A stretch of 64,000 nt of DNA from an uncultured bacterium (GCA_963786935.1 CAWBAN010000001.1:1216001-1280000); one strand, 5' to 3'; shown: positions 29,403 to 40,883, counted from the first letter of the stretch. Numbers and translations: made by a program. The notes: generated by a model not told the origin, from the sequence alone.

Positions 29403-30977
29403 TCATGCGCGTGCGGACCGCTTCCGGCGCGGCGCCGAACGCCCGCCGATCATCGCGACGAGCCGCGAGTACATCGTTCGGGGAGAACCCGGTTCATCGA
29501 GCCGCGCGGCGAAGAGCTTCTGAACGGTTCCCCGCTTCACGCGTCCGGCTCGGTACTCGGCATGCAGGGCTTCGCCGATGCTGGAGCCCCGCCCTATCGC
29601 GTCGATCAGGAGCCGCTTCGAACGAAGCGATGGAACCCCGGTGTCCTCGGCCTCCGTGCGGCGCCCGGCACAGATACAGTCCTCGTCGAAGCAATCGAGC
29701 AGCGGATCGACGATCTTCGCGGCGAAGCAGACCAGCGCCTCGTCGACGGCGGCGCCGGAGCTCTCGTCCTCCGGCGCAAGCCTCCTTCCGCCGCGCTCCA
29801 TGGTCGCCCCGCGCATGAGATAAAGAACGAAACGCGCGGCTTCCCGGATGATGCGCCCCGCAAAGGGCCCCACGACGAGCAGCGTGTTTATGGACGGAAC
29901 ATAGCGCATCCCGGCGAATTTGAGGTATTCGAGAATTGCCGTTATCTCCCGCGCATCGATTCTTCGCGACCGCAGATAGGCCGAAAAGGCGTGGTACGTC
30001 GAGCGGCGCTGCACCTCGGGCAGGAGCGTCTCGAGCGTCTCGCGGCGCCCGTTCGCGAGCGCTATCGGCGATTTCTTCTTGTTCCCCGAGAAAAACGAAT
30101 ATATCTCCCCGATCGTCTCGTGGAAGAGCGGCGTCACCGTATCCGTCTCCTCGCCCTCCGTCCACGCGTCGAGGATCTGCAGGTACGCCTGGTATTTCAT
30201 CATCGGGGGCGCGGTGAACACGCAATACCGGCCGTCGTCGATCTGCACCGCTTCGGCGCGCTCGCTTCCCCGCCGCAGGAGCCGCCAGTAGATCTCGTCG
30301 ATGTTCTGCACGATGACGATGTCGTTCGCCGTTCCGCCGAGCTCCGCGCGGACCCGCGTGGGGAGATGATTCGAGGCGAGATGCGACTCCCCGACGACGA
30401 CGAGGATGAGGTGCTCCGGAAAGAACTTCCGGATAGTGCCGATTCTCTTCGCGGCCAGTCGGTCGCGCCGGCGGATGTACCTGAGATGGTCCCGGTGCTC
30501 CGAGTCGATGCCGAAAATCGGGATGAAGGGATCCTTTGCGAGCTCGAAGAACCGGCGGTAGCTTCTCCAGTCGAATCCCCATTCCTTGCGGTATTCGATT
30601 CTGCGGAGAAACTCCTCCTCGCCGATAATCCCTTTCATCCACCGGTCGAGGGAATCCTGCTGGTAAACGTAGAGCATCTCGAGGACGAGCACGACCGATC
30701 GCCCCCGCTCGGATAGCTCTTTCATGAGGCGAAGCACGAAATCCTGGCTCGCGTCGAGGGGATGGTAGTCGCCGAAGTAGACGACGTCGCGGCGCGAGGC
30801 CTCCGCGATCACGTCGTCGACGCGCGCAATCGACCGAAACTCGCGGAACTCCGCGTCGAACTCCCTGATGTAGCGGGAGCGGTGCGTTTTGTCGACGCCG
30901 AAGATCTCGCGCTTGAGGCGCGCGACGGCGCGGCGGTTCGCCCGGATTTCCTCTTCGATCGCCTTCGATACGGCCAT
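29403..30977 (-). CDS. ChaN-like (EreA/ChaN/TIKI superfamily) protein with C-terminal extension
   Basis: DVVYFGDYH, VLVLEML, LDRW..G.I.EEEFL, WGFDWRSY, RRRD, VVVGESHL motifs. Confidence 0.7.
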   Translation of the reverse strand: MAVSKAIEEEIRANRRAVARLKREIFGVDKTHRSRYIREFDAEFREFRSIARVDDVIAEASRRDVVYFGDYHPLDASQDFVLRLMKELSERGRSVVLVLEMLYVYQQDSLDRWMKGIIGEEEFLRRIEYRKEWGFDWRSYRRFFELAKDPFIPIFGIDSEHRDHLRYIRRRDRLAAKRIGTIRKFFPEHLILVVVGESHLASNHLPTRVRAELGGTANDIVIVQNIDEIYWRLLRRGSERAEAVQIDDGRYCVFTAPPMMKYQAYLQILDAWTEGEETDTVTPLFHETIGEIYSFFSGNKKKSPIALANGRRETLETLLPEVQRRSTYHAFSAYLRSRRIDAREITAILEYLKFAGMRYVPSINTLLVVGPFAGRIIREAARFVLYLMRGATMERGGRRLAPEDESSGAAVDEALVCFAAKIVDPLLDCFDEDCICAGRRTEAEDTGVPSLRSKRLLIDAIGRGSSIGEALHAEYRAGRVKRGTVQKLFAARLDEPGSPRTMYSRLVAMIGGRSAPRRKRSARA

Positions 30978-31113
30978 TGCCCCCCCGATCGCCGCGGCGC
31001 GGCGATGATTTCGGTCGACAACGGGGCCGCGTTGCTCTACTCTCTCCTCTTATAGCATGAGCCGCACCGGCGCGCATACGCTTTGCTGATCCGCAACGAA
31101 GAATGGAGGATCG

Positions 31114-33396
31114 ATGAATCCGGCGCTCGAACCGAATATTGCTGAAATCCGCGCGAAACTGCTCAAGGCACTCGACGAGAAACGAAGCTCCCTGCACGAA
31201 CACGAGATCTACGAGATTCTCGGCCTCGCCGGTTTTCGCGTCCCGCGCACCCGCTTCGTCGCGAACAAGAAGGAGCTCGACGCGCTCGGACGCGCGGGGC
31301 TTCCGGGCGACGAGGTCGTCTGCAAGCTCATCTCGCCGGGGATGCCGCACCGGACGGAATTCGGCGGGATCAGATTCGCGCCGAACGATCCGCGCGAGCT
31401 CGCCGCCGTGTTCCAGGATTTCGAGCGGATCGCCGCGAAGGCGCGCGTGCCGTTCGCCGGCATGATGATCGCCGAGAAGGTGCCGGGGAAGGATTCGATC
31501 CCCCACCAGCTCCTCATATCGCTCCGGCAGGATCCCTCGTTCGGCCCGGTCGTGTTTTGCGGGCTCGGCGGCGTGGGAACCGAGGTGTACAAGAAGAGCC
31601 TCGCGAAGGAGAAAGGCCTCTTCATCAGATCGGCCGCGGATATCGCCGACCGCGAAGGCACCGAGCGCACCCTCGACGCGACGTTCTTCTATCCCGTGAT
31701 CGCGGGAAAGACGCGCGTCGCGCGGGAGCCGATCGTCGACACGGCGAGGCTCAAAGCGGCGCTCGCCGCGTTCGCGAAGCTCGGCGAGGTCTTCTCCCCG
31801 CTCGCCGCGGACTCCCCCGTCACGATCGAGGAGATCGAGGTCAACCCGCTCCAGATCACGGACGGCGGGGAGCTCGTGCCGCTCGACGCGCTGATGCGCA
31901 TCTCGGGAACGAAGCACGATCTCGCCGCGCCGCCGCAGGAAGGCATCGTCAGGCTGCTCCAGCCGAAGAGCGCCCTCGTCATCGGCGCCTCGGCGAACAA
32001 GATGAACATGGGGCGCATCATCCTCCGGAACCTCATCAAGGGAGGCGGCGTTCCGAAGGAGCATATCTACCTCCTCCATCCGGACGCGGCGGAGATCGAC
32101 GGATGCCGCGCCTTCAAGTCGCTCGCCGAGCTGCCGGAGAAGGCCGACATGACCGTCTTCACGATTCCCGCCGACGAAACGGCCGCGGCGCTCCTCGACG
32201 AGCTCATCGAGGGGGAGAAGACGGCCGCGATCACGCTCATCTCCGGCGGATTCGGGGAAACGGAGCGCGGCCGAGAGCTCGAGCGCCGTCTCCGCGCTTC
32301 GATCGCGAAGGCGCGGAGCCGCCCCGGGGGCGGGGTCGTCGTGAACGGGCCGAACTGCATGGGAATCGTCTCGAAGCCGGGAGGCTACAACACGTTCTTC
32401 CTCCCCGAGTACAAGCTCCCGTTCCGCGGGACGTTCGGCGAGCGGTGCGCGATCATCAGCCAGAGCGGCGCGTACCTCGTCACCCTCATCAGCAATCTCG
32501 ACCGGGCGCTCAATCCGAAATACATGATCACGTTCGGCAATCAGGCCGACGCGACGACGACCGATTATCTGATCGCCCTCAAGAACGATCCGGATATCGA
32601 CCTCTTCGTGCTCTACATGGAGGGGTTCAAGCCTTACGACGGAGAGCGTTTCATCGCCGTGATCCGCGAGATCATCCGAAGCGGGAAGAGCGTGCTGCTC
32701 TACAAGGCCGGCAGAACCGAGGCCGGCGCGGCGGCGGTCGCCTCGCACACCGCCTCGATGGCCGGCAACTTCGAGGTCATGGAACGCCTCCTGCGGGACG
32801 CCGGGGTCATCCTCCCCGAATCGCTCGACGAGATGGAAGACACGATCAAGGTGTTCACGCTCCTCGAGGGGCGGCGCGTGATCGGCTCGCGCGTCGGGAT
32901 TTTCAGCAACGCCGGATTCGAATGCTCCGTCGCGGCCGACACCCTCGGCCCGCTCACGCTCGCGAAGTTCTCCGACGAGACGGTCGCCAAGCTCCGGGAG
33001 GCGCTCCCGATCAACATCATCGACGTCCACAACCCCATCGACGCGACGCCGAACACCATGGCCCCGAACTACGGCAAATGCATCGAGGCGATGCTCGCCG
33101 ACGAAAACGTCGATTGCGTCATGGCAGCAAACGTGGCGCCGACGCCGTTCATGGAGAATCTCCCGGCCGGCCCCGACCACAAGGAGGACATCCTTCACGA
33201 GAATTCGTATCCCAACCTGACGATCCGCGCGTTCAAGGGAACGAAGAAACCGATGGTCGTGAGTCTCAACTCCGGAATGCTCTTCGATCCTGCCGTGCAT
33301 ATGATGGAGGAGGCGGGGCTGCCGTGCTTCAGGAAGATCGACCGCGCGATGAAGGCGCTCGGATTCTTCATCGAGCACGGAAAGAGAAAAGCGTAG
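31114..33396 (+). CDS. Acyl-CoA synthetase (ADP-forming), beta(ATP-grasp)-alpha(CoA-binding) fusion
   Basis: N-terminal KLISP..PHRTEFGGI, DPSFGPVVFCGLGG, EIEVNPL. C-terminal VIGAS, ISGGFGE, GPNCMG, ISQSGA, phospho-His SHTASMAG, NPID. Confidence 0.92.
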   Translation: MNPALEPNIAEIRAKLLKALDEKRSSLHEHEIYEILGLAGFRVPRTRFVANKKELDALGRAGLPGDEVVCKLISPGMPHRTEFGGIRFAPNDPRELAAVFQDFERIAAKARVPFAGMMIAEKVPGKDSIPHQLLISLRQDPSFGPVVFCGLGGVGTEVYKKSLAKEKGLFIRSAADIADREGTERTLDATFFYPVIAGKTRVAREPIVDTARLKAALAAFAKLGEVFSPLAADSPVTIEEIEVNPLQITDGGELVPLDALMRISGTKHDLAAPPQEGIVRLLQPKSALVIGASANKMNMGRIILRNLIKGGGVPKEHIYLLHPDAAEIDGCRAFKSLAELPEKADMTVFTIPADETAAALLDELIEGEKTAAITLISGGFGETERGRELERRLRASIAKARSRPGGGVVVNGPNCMGIVSKPGGYNTFFLPEYKLPFRGTFGERCAIISQSGAYLVTLISNLDRALNPKYMITFGNQADATTTDYLIALKNDPDIDLFVLYMEGFKPYDGERFIAVIREIIRSGKSVLLYKAGRTEAGAAAVASHTASMAGNFEVMERLLRDAGVILPESLDEMEDTIKVFTLLEGRRVIGSRVGIFSNAGFECSVAADTLGPLTLAKFSDETVAKLREALPINIIDVHNPIDATPNTMAPNYGKCIEAMLADENVDCVMAANVAPTPFMENLPAGPDHKEDILHENSYPNLTIRAFKGTKKPMVVSLNSGMLFDPAVHMMEEAGLPCFRKIDRAMKALGFFIEHGKRKA

Positions 33397-33402
33397 GCGC
33401 CC

Positions 33403-33428
33403 CCGCCGGAAATCCGGCGGCCCTTTTT
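33403..33428 (+). terminator. Intrinsic terminator
   Basis: CCGCCGGA-AA-TCCGGCGG followed by CCCTTTTT right after the stop codon. Confidence 0.55.
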
Positions 33429-33445
33429 CCTTCGGGGGAATCGAA

Positions 33446-34267
33446 TCACGCGAGGAACGTCGTCGCGAGATCCGCGACCGATTCCGGCGTGAAGTGTTTC
33501 CGCGTCGTCCCGACGATCGAATCGAACAGAGCCGGAGAGGCGGCCACGATATTGCCCGATTGGAGGAAACCGCCGCCGCCGAAGAAATCCCCGACGACGC
33601 CTCCCGCCTCCCGGACGATGAGAGCTCCCGCGGCCATGTCCCACGGCTTGAGATGAAGCTCCCAGAAGCCGTCGAGCCTCCCCGCGGCGACGTGGCTCAG
33701 ATCGAGGACCGCCGCGCCCGCCCGCCTGATATCCCTGCACGCGTGGAAGAGATCCTTGAATGAGCGGAGGTATGCGTCGAGATGTCGCGGCGCGCTGAAC
33801 GGGAATCCCGTGCCGAGAAGGCTCGTCTCGAGGCTCCGGGCGCCGGACACGCGGATCGGCGCGCCGTTGAGCGAGGCCCCCGCCCCCGCCGCGGCCTCGA
33901 ACAGCTCCTCGCGCAGCGGATCGTACACGCAGGCGACGGTGATTCGCTTCTTCTCCATGAGCGCGATGCTGACGCCGACCGCCGGGTAGCCGTGGATGAA
34001 ATTCGTCGTGCCGTCGAGCGGATCGATGATCCAGAACGAATCGCCGGACGGCGCGGCGGCGGTCTCCTCGGCGAGAAAGCCGATCGAGGGAAACGCTGAG
34101 CCGAGGGACGCCTTGATCATCCCCTCGCTTCCCGTGTCCACCTCGGTGACGAAATCCTTCGCTCCCTTCGCGAGGATCCGCCCCGTACCACCCGCGGCGA
34201 ACCGTTCGCGCACGAACGCGCCGGCCTCGAGCGCCGCCCGCCTCGCCGCTCCTCGTGTATCGCTCAT
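33446..34267 (-). CDS. suhB: Inositol monophosphatase
   Basis: DFVTEVD, AEE, WIIDPLDGTTNFIHG, IRRAGAA.LDL, KPWDMAAG. Confidence 0.93.
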   Translation of the reverse strand: MSDTRGAARRAALEAGAFVRERFAAGGTGRILAKGAKDFVTEVDTGSEGMIKASLGSAFPSIGFLAEETAAAPSGDSFWIIDPLDGTTNFIHGYPAVGVSIALMEKKRITVACVYDPLREELFEAAAGAGASLNGAPIRVSGARSLETSLLGTGFPFSAPRHLDAYLRSFKDLFHACRDIRRAGAAVLDLSHVAAGRLDGFWELHLKPWDMAAGALIVREAGGVVGDFFGGGGFLQSGNIVAASPALFDSIVGTTRKHFTPESVADLATTFLA

Positions 34268-35193
34268 TCGACCCCCTTTTCAAGGAGACACCGTTCGGGA
34301 AGTTCCACCGCGAGCCCCTCGGCGAGCGCGCCGAGAAAGGCCCGCACCGTCGATGAAAGATACCGGCGCGCGGGAATGACGAGCCCGAGCGTCCGCTCCA
34401 CGGCGAGGCCTCTGATCTTGATTTCGGCGAGCGTTCCTTTGGCGATATCGTCGCGCACGAGCCTCTCGGGCAAAATGGCGATGCCGAGCCCCGCAGCCGC
34501 GAGGCTCCTGATCGCCTCCGGACTGTCCGTGGTCATCGTGACGCGGGGCGCGACGCCGAGCCCGGCGAGCGCCGCCTCGATGATACGTCTCGTGTTCGCC
34601 CCCTCGTGAAACGCGATGAACGGATGTTCCGCGAGCGCCGCGGGCCGTCGCGCCCGGCCGCCTGCGAGCGGATGCCCCGGACGGGCGACGACGAGGAGCC
34701 GCTCCGTGTACACGGGAAAGACGTCGAGATCCTCCCCCCTCTCGACCGGCATCGTGCCCACGACGAGGTCGAGGCGGCCGGCCTTGAGCGCCCTGATGAG
34801 CGGATTCGTCGCCATGACCTCGAGCGCTATGTCGATCCCGGGATACCGCTCGCGAAAACGCGAAAAGACGGGCGGGAGCACGTAGGAGCTCGCCGCGTCG
34901 ATCGTGCCGATGGAGATTTTTCCCCGGACGAGCCCCTCGAGGTCGGCGATTTCGCGGCGGAGCTCCTCTTCGAGACGCCCGAAGCTCCTCGCGTAGCCGA
35001 GGACGATCTCCCCCGCGCGGGTGAACCGCACGCCGCGCCCCGCGGGAGCGACGAGCTTCACGCCGAGCTCCTCCTGGAGCCTCCGGATGCCGACGCTGAG
35101 GGCGGGCTGCGTCACGTAGTGCGCCTCCGCCGCGGCCGTGAGGCTGCCGAGCTCCGCGATGGATACGAAATACTTGAGCGCCGCGAGATTCAT
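34264..35193 (-). CDS. LysR-family transcriptional regulator
   Basis: N-terminal HTH GSLTAAAEAHYVTQPALSVGIRRLQEELG and LysR substrate-binding domain. Confidence 0.96.
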   Translation of the reverse strand: MNLAALKYFVSIAELGSLTAAAEAHYVTQPALSVGIRRLQEELGVKLVAPAGRGVRFTRAGEIVLGYARSFGRLEEELRREIADLEGLVRGKISIGTIDAASSYVLPPVFSRFRERYPGIDIALEVMATNPLIRALKAGRLDLVVGTMPVERGEDLDVFPVYTERLLVVARPGHPLAGGRARRPAALAEHPFIAFHEGANTRRIIEAALAGLGVAPRVTMTTDSPEAIRSLAAAGLGIAILPERLVRDDIAKGTLAEIKIRGLAVERTLGLVIPARRYLSSTVRAFLGALAEGLAVELPERCLLEKGVE

Positions 35194-35237
35194 AAGAATA
35201 ATTTATACTTTTAATAAGAATAATAAAATAGTTTTAT
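35192..35237. promoter_or_regulatory. LysR boxes (T-N11-A) in the lysR/ino1 divergent region
   Basis: ATAA-N7-TTAT at 35192-35206 and 35223-35237 in a very AT-rich island. Confidence 0.65.
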
Positions 35238-35309
35238 TTCAAGGAAAGGGTAGAATTTTTCCGTTCGCGCGCGGCGCGATTGTTTCGAGGATTTGCGAAA
35301 GGAGCCTCC

Positions 35310-36626
<1,317 letters not shown>

Positions 36627-36653
36627 GTCCGCTTCAGAGGCGTCCTGAAACAG

Positions 36654-36686
36654 AAAGAGGGAGCGTTCGAAACGCTCCCTCTTTTC
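36654..36686. terminator. Bidirectional intrinsic terminator
   Basis: AAAGAGGGAGCGTT-CGA-AACGCTCCCTCTTT between convergent ino1 and degP. Confidence 0.85.
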
Positions 36687-36748
36687 ATGTGCGCCGCATC
36701 GCACCGCGGCGGTTCTCCCGCCGGCGGCGCCGCGCGCCGCGATCGCCG

Positions 36749-38227
36749 TTACTCTTTTATCACGATGTTCGTTTGGGCACCGCCGCGGTAGACGGTGAGC
36801 ATGAACTTGTCCGCCTTCATGCCTTTGACGAGCGTCTTGAACGCGGCAAGGTTCGCGACGGGCTTGAGGTTGAACGCGACGATGACGTCGCCGCGACTGA
36901 GCCCCTCTTCGTCGGCGGGCGTGCCCGACTCGACTTCCGTCACGAGCACTCCCTTCACGTCGTCCGGAAGCTGAAGCTCCTGCCGGTACTCGTCGGTGAG
37001 ATCGGTGAGGCCGACGCCCGTGAGGAGCGCGAGCTCGGGCGTTCCCTTCCCCTCTTCCTGCTGCGCGGCTACCGCGGATTCGCCCGGCCGTTTGGCGACC
37101 GTCACCGTGATATTCATGCTCTTGCCTTCACGCTGGATCGCGAGCTCGATCTTGTCTCCCGGGTGCAGCATGGCGACGCTCCTGCGGAGCTCGCCCATGT
37201 CCTTGACTTCCTTGCCGTTCATCGCGGTGACGATATCGTTCACCTTGACGCCGGCCTTGCCCGCGGGGCTGTCTTTCTCGACTGCCGTGACGATTACCCC
37301 TTCCCCCTGCTTGCTCCCGAAGAACTCGGCCTTGTCCGGCGTGAGGTCATCCATTCGGATGCCGACGTATCCCCGCGCGACCGAGCCGTGCGCGACGATA
37401 TCGTCCATGATCCGTTTCGCCACGTCGATCGGAATCGCGAAACCGATGCCGGCGAAGTCCCCCGCCTTCGAGACGATCATGTTATTGATTCCGACGAGCT
37501 CGCCTCTCGTGTTGATGAGGGCGCCGCCGGAGTTTCCCGGATTGATCGCCGCGTCCGTCTGGATGAGCTCGACGTCGACGCCCATCGAAACGTACTCCGC
37601 CGGCTTCGCGAGCCCGCTCACGATTCCCATCGTGACGGTCTGCCCGACCGAGAACGGATAACCGATCGCGAGCACCGTCTGCCCGAGCCTCAGCTCGGAG
37701 GAATGTCCCAGCGGGAGCACCGGCAGGTCCTTCGCCTCGATCTTGAGCACGGCGATATCAGTCAGCTTATCGGTCCCGATAACCTTCGCGGCGAACTTCC
37801 GGTTATCGGGAGGGGCCATGTAGATCTTCACGTTCGTCGCCCCTTCGACGAGATGATTGTTCGTGAGGATGTATCCGTCCGCCGTGACGATCACGCCTGA
37901 TCCGAGCCGCTCCTGCACCTGCTTGTCGGGAATCCCGAAGAACTGCCGGTAGCGCGGATCCCGATAGAACGGATTGTCCGAGGTGCTCATATCCTGTTCC
38001 GTCTTTGTCCAAACGTAAATGACCGCCGGCACGGCTTTTTCGACGACTGTCGGAATATCCCCGTCGCCCGGCTGCGCCTGCGCATAAGCTTCGGGGAATA
38101 TGCTATCGCTCGCGCCCGATCTCTCGGCGCGCGTGATGATCCGCTCCGCACCCATGCCCATGAGGAAGATGAACGCCAGTCCGGCGATCGTCAGAACGAA
38201 TTTAGCTCGTGCGCTCCTCAGTTCCAT
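36749..38227 (-). CDS. degP: DegP/HtrA serine endoprotease with two PDZ domains
   Basis: RBS AGGAGG. GSGVIV, TNNHLV, TDIAV, QTDAAINPGNSGGAL catalytic triad; two PDZ domains. Confidence 0.93.
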   Translation of the reverse strand: MELRSARAKFVLTIAGLAFIFLMGMGAERIITRAERSGASDSIFPEAYAQAQPGDGDIPTVVEKAVPAVIYVWTKTEQDMSTSDNPFYRDPRYRQFFGIPDKQVQERLGSGVIVTADGYILTNNHLVEGATNVKIYMAPPDNRKFAAKVIGTDKLTDIAVLKIEAKDLPVLPLGHSSELRLGQTVLAIGYPFSVGQTVTMGIVSGLAKPAEYVSMGVDVELIQTDAAINPGNSGGALINTRGELVGINNMIVSKAGDFAGIGFAIPIDVAKRIMDDIVAHGSVARGYVGIRMDDLTPDKAEFFGSKQGEGVIVTAVEKDSPAGKAGVKVNDIVTAMNGKEVKDMGELRRSVAMLHPGDKIELAIQREGKSMNITVTVAKRPGESAVAAQQEEGKGTPELALLTGVGLTDLTDEYRQELQLPDDVKGVLVTEVESGTPADEEGLSRGDVIVAFNLKPVANLAAFKTLVKGMKADKFMLTVYRGGAQTNIVIKE

Positions 38228-38277
38228 CGCACAACCTCCTGTGCAGCTCTCCGTTGGGGCGGCATGTATCACCTACA

Positions 38278-38302
38278 TACGCCGAACGGTCCGCGAAGTT
38301 CC
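38278..38302 (-). promoter_or_regulatory. ECF-type promoter upstream of degP
   Basis: GGAAC-N16-CGTA, same geometry as the ECF autoregulatory promoter at 17697-17721. Confidence 0.6.
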
Positions 38303-38430
38303 CGTTTTCTTGATAATGGTTCCGAATGCTCGAAATTCCTCCCGGGAACGCCCCTGCCGGCCGTCGACATCCGAATATTCGGAAGAACGCCCGCCGGAAT
38401 CAAGGAGAATCGCGGCGCGCCCTTCCGTCC

Positions 38431-38460
38431 TTGACACCGGCCGCGACGGCGCGATATATT
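38431..38460 (+). promoter_or_regulatory. sigma70 promoter for the oxidoreductase operon
   Basis: TTGACA-N18-TATATT. Confidence 0.5.
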
Positions 38461-38518
38461 CCCGAAAGTCGTCAATCAACGCTTCACGGTTTCACCTTAG
38501 ACGCAACTCAATAAGGAT

Positions 38519-39640
38519 ATGGAACAAAAGAAAAACGAACGGTTGCTCCTCGTGGACGGCTCGCGGCTCGTCATAGAGTCGGCCGTGCGCGCCGGAGCCG
38601 AGGTGTTCGTCGGATATCCGATCACGCCGGCGAACCTCCTCTATCTCTACTCGAGCCGCCGGTTCCCGATGATGTTCCCCGCGCCCGACGAGATCACGAC
38701 GCTCCAGTGGATGAGCGGCCTGTCGGCGGCGGGGAAATACCCGGTGACGGCGACGTCATTCCCGGGCTTCGCGCTGATGCTCGAATCGCTCAATATGGCG
38801 CACATGATGGAGCTCCCGATGCTCATCGTGCTCGCGCAGCGGCTCGGGCCGAGCACGGGTTCGGCCACGACCGGCGCGGAGGGAGACCTCCTGCTGCTTC
38901 GGGGAGCGATCTCGGGCGGATATCCCGTCCCGGTCTTTTCCGTGTCATCGAGCGCGGACTGCTGGAACCTCACGGCGAAGGCGATCGCCGCCTCCCTCAA
39001 GATGAGGACGCCCGTCGTGCTCCTCATGTCGAAGGAGCTCGCCATGACGATGTCGACGGTGAACGCCGACGACTTCGATGAGATCGAGCCGGCGAAGTGG
39101 GACATGAGCGCCGGGGAACCGTACCGCCCCTATCAACGGACCGACGGTCTCGTTCCTCCCTTCGCCCCGCTCGGAGACGCCCGCTTCCAGGTGCGCTTCA
39201 ACGCGTCGACGCACGACGAAACGGGGCTCATCAGGAAGACCGACGCGGCGGCGCTGGCGAATACGACGAGACTGAAGGAAAAGGTGGACCGCTGGCTTCC
39301 GGAGTTCACCTTCTACGAGCTCGACGAGGAGCCGGGCGCGAAAAAGCTCATCGTGAGCTACGGGATCACCGCGGGCTCGGCCCGCGAGGCGGTCGCCGCG
39401 CTCCGCGCTCGAGGCGAGAAGGCCTCCCTGCTCATTATCAAGACGATCATCCCCGTGCCGCCGCCCGTCATCGAGATCATGTCGCGCTACGAGCGCGTAT
39501 TCATCGCGGAGGAGAATCTCACCGGGCTCCTCAGCGAGATCATCTACGGCGTCTCGGGGCGACCCTCGGTGAAATCGATCGGGAAGATCGGGACCATGAT
39601 CGCTCCCCGGGAGATCGTGGAGAGGGTGATGCAGTCATGA
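38519..39640 (+). CDS. 2-oxoacid:ferredoxin oxidoreductase alpha subunit
   Basis: GYPITP, DEI, TATSFPGFALMLE, QRLGPSTG, EEN.TG motifs. Confidence 0.92.
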   Translation: MEQKKNERLLLVDGSRLVIESAVRAGAEVFVGYPITPANLLYLYSSRRFPMMFPAPDEITTLQWMSGLSAAGKYPVTATSFPGFALMLESLNMAHMMELPMLIVLAQRLGPSTGSATTGAEGDLLLLRGAISGGYPVPVFSVSSSADCWNLTAKAIAASLKMRTPVVLLMSKELAMTMSTVNADDFDEIEPAKWDMSAGEPYRPYQRTDGLVPPFAPLGDARFQVRFNASTHDETGLIRKTDAAALANTTRLKEKVDRWLPEFTFYELDEEPGAKKLIVSYGITAGSAREAVAALRARGEKASLLIIKTIIPVPPPVIEIMSRYERVFIAEENLTGLLSEIIYGVSGRPSVKSIGKIGTMIAPREIVERVMQS

Positions 39641-40875
39641 CGATGCTCGCTTCGACCAAACAACCGTACTGCCCCGGCTGCGGCTACCACCTCGTCACCT
39701 CGCACATCGCGAAGGCGCTCGAGAAGCTCGCTCTCGGGCCGCGCGACGTCGTCATCTCGAGCGACATCGGCTGCGGCGGCCTCATCGACGCGAGCTTCAC
39801 CGCCCACACGATCCACGGGCTCCACGGGAGATCCGTGGCGCTCGCCATGGGTGCGGCGCTCGGCCTCGACGGCACGAACAAGAAGGTCATCGCCTTCCAG
39901 GGGGACGGCGGCGCGACGATCGGCCTCCAGCACCTGCTCGAGGCGGCCCGCTGGAACGTGCCGATGACGCTCATCGTCGTGAACAACATGATCTACGGAA
40001 TGACGGGCGGTCAGCCGAGCGGGCTCACCCCGTTCGGCTTCACGACGGTCATCACGCCGCAGGGGCACGAGCGGCACCCGTACGATCTCTGCAGGCTCGC
40101 CTACGACGCGGGGGCCGTCTACGCCCTCAGGATGAAGGCGAAGGGGGATCTCAGCGAGAAGCTCGCCGAAGCGTTCGCCGTGAAAGGTTTCTCCATCGTC
40201 GAGATCGTCTCCCCGTGCCCGTCGTACGGCGTCAAGGGAGTCAAGGACCTCTCGGAGCTGAGCGTCGAGGAGCTCGAGCTCAAGCGCGAGCGCGAGCCGA
40301 TGAAGCCGGTCGTGCGGGAATCGAAATCGCTCATCAAAACCGAGCTCAAGACCCTCTTCGAGGCGAAGCTCGCCGATCGAATCGCGATCGTGCTCTCGGG
40401 ATCGGCAGGGGAAGGCGTCCAGTCGGCCGCCGAGCTTCTCGCCGAAGCGGCCATTCTCTCGGGCCTGCGGACGACCAAGAAAGGGGACTACCCCATCACG
40501 GTCGGAACCGGCTTTTCGCTCGCCGAGGTGATCCTCTCGAAGCGGAAGATCGATTACAGCGGCATCCAGAAACCGGACGTGATCATCGTCACCTCCGACG
40601 ACGGTCTCTCGCGGGTCAAGGGCATGCTGAAGCCGGGGGATTCGACGCTCGTCATCGCCGACGCTTCGCTCCCGCTCGAAGCGGGACCGAACGTGGTGCT
40701 GCGCGATTTCCGCGGCGCCGCCGGGAAAAAGGGCGCGTGTCTGGCGGCGATCGGCTTCTGGCTGCGGCGAAATCCCGTGATCCCGCAGGATGCGCTCCGC
40801 GAGGTCACGAAGAAATCGAAGCACGCCGAGTCGCTCATGCAGTCGATCCAGAGCGCCGAGAGCCTCGAGGCCTGA
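39637..40875 (+). CDS. 2-oxoacid:ferredoxin oxidoreductase beta-gamma fusion subunit
   Basis: ATG at 39637 (ATGA overlap). YCPGCG, DIGC, LHGR, TPP motif GDGG...NN, YGMTGGQ, SPCP; then gamma-type SGSAGEGVQSA. Confidence 0.9.
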   Translation: MTMLASTKQPYCPGCGYHLVTSHIAKALEKLALGPRDVVISSDIGCGGLIDASFTAHTIHGLHGRSVALAMGAALGLDGTNKKVIAFQGDGGATIGLQHLLEAARWNVPMTLIVVNNMIYGMTGGQPSGLTPFGFTTVITPQGHERHPYDLCRLAYDAGAVYALRMKAKGDLSEKLAEAFAVKGFSIVEIVSPCPSYGVKGVKDLSELSVEELELKREREPMKPVVRESKSLIKTELKTLFEAKLADRIAIVLSGSAGEGVQSAAELLAEAAILSGLRTTKKGDYPITVGTGFSLAEVILSKRKIDYSGIQKPDVIIVTSDDGLSRVKGMLKPGDSTLVIADASLPLEAGPNVVLRDFRGAAGKKGACLAAIGFWLRRNPVIPQDALREVTKKSKHAESLMQSIQSAESLEA

Positions 40876-40883
40876 TTCGAAGC

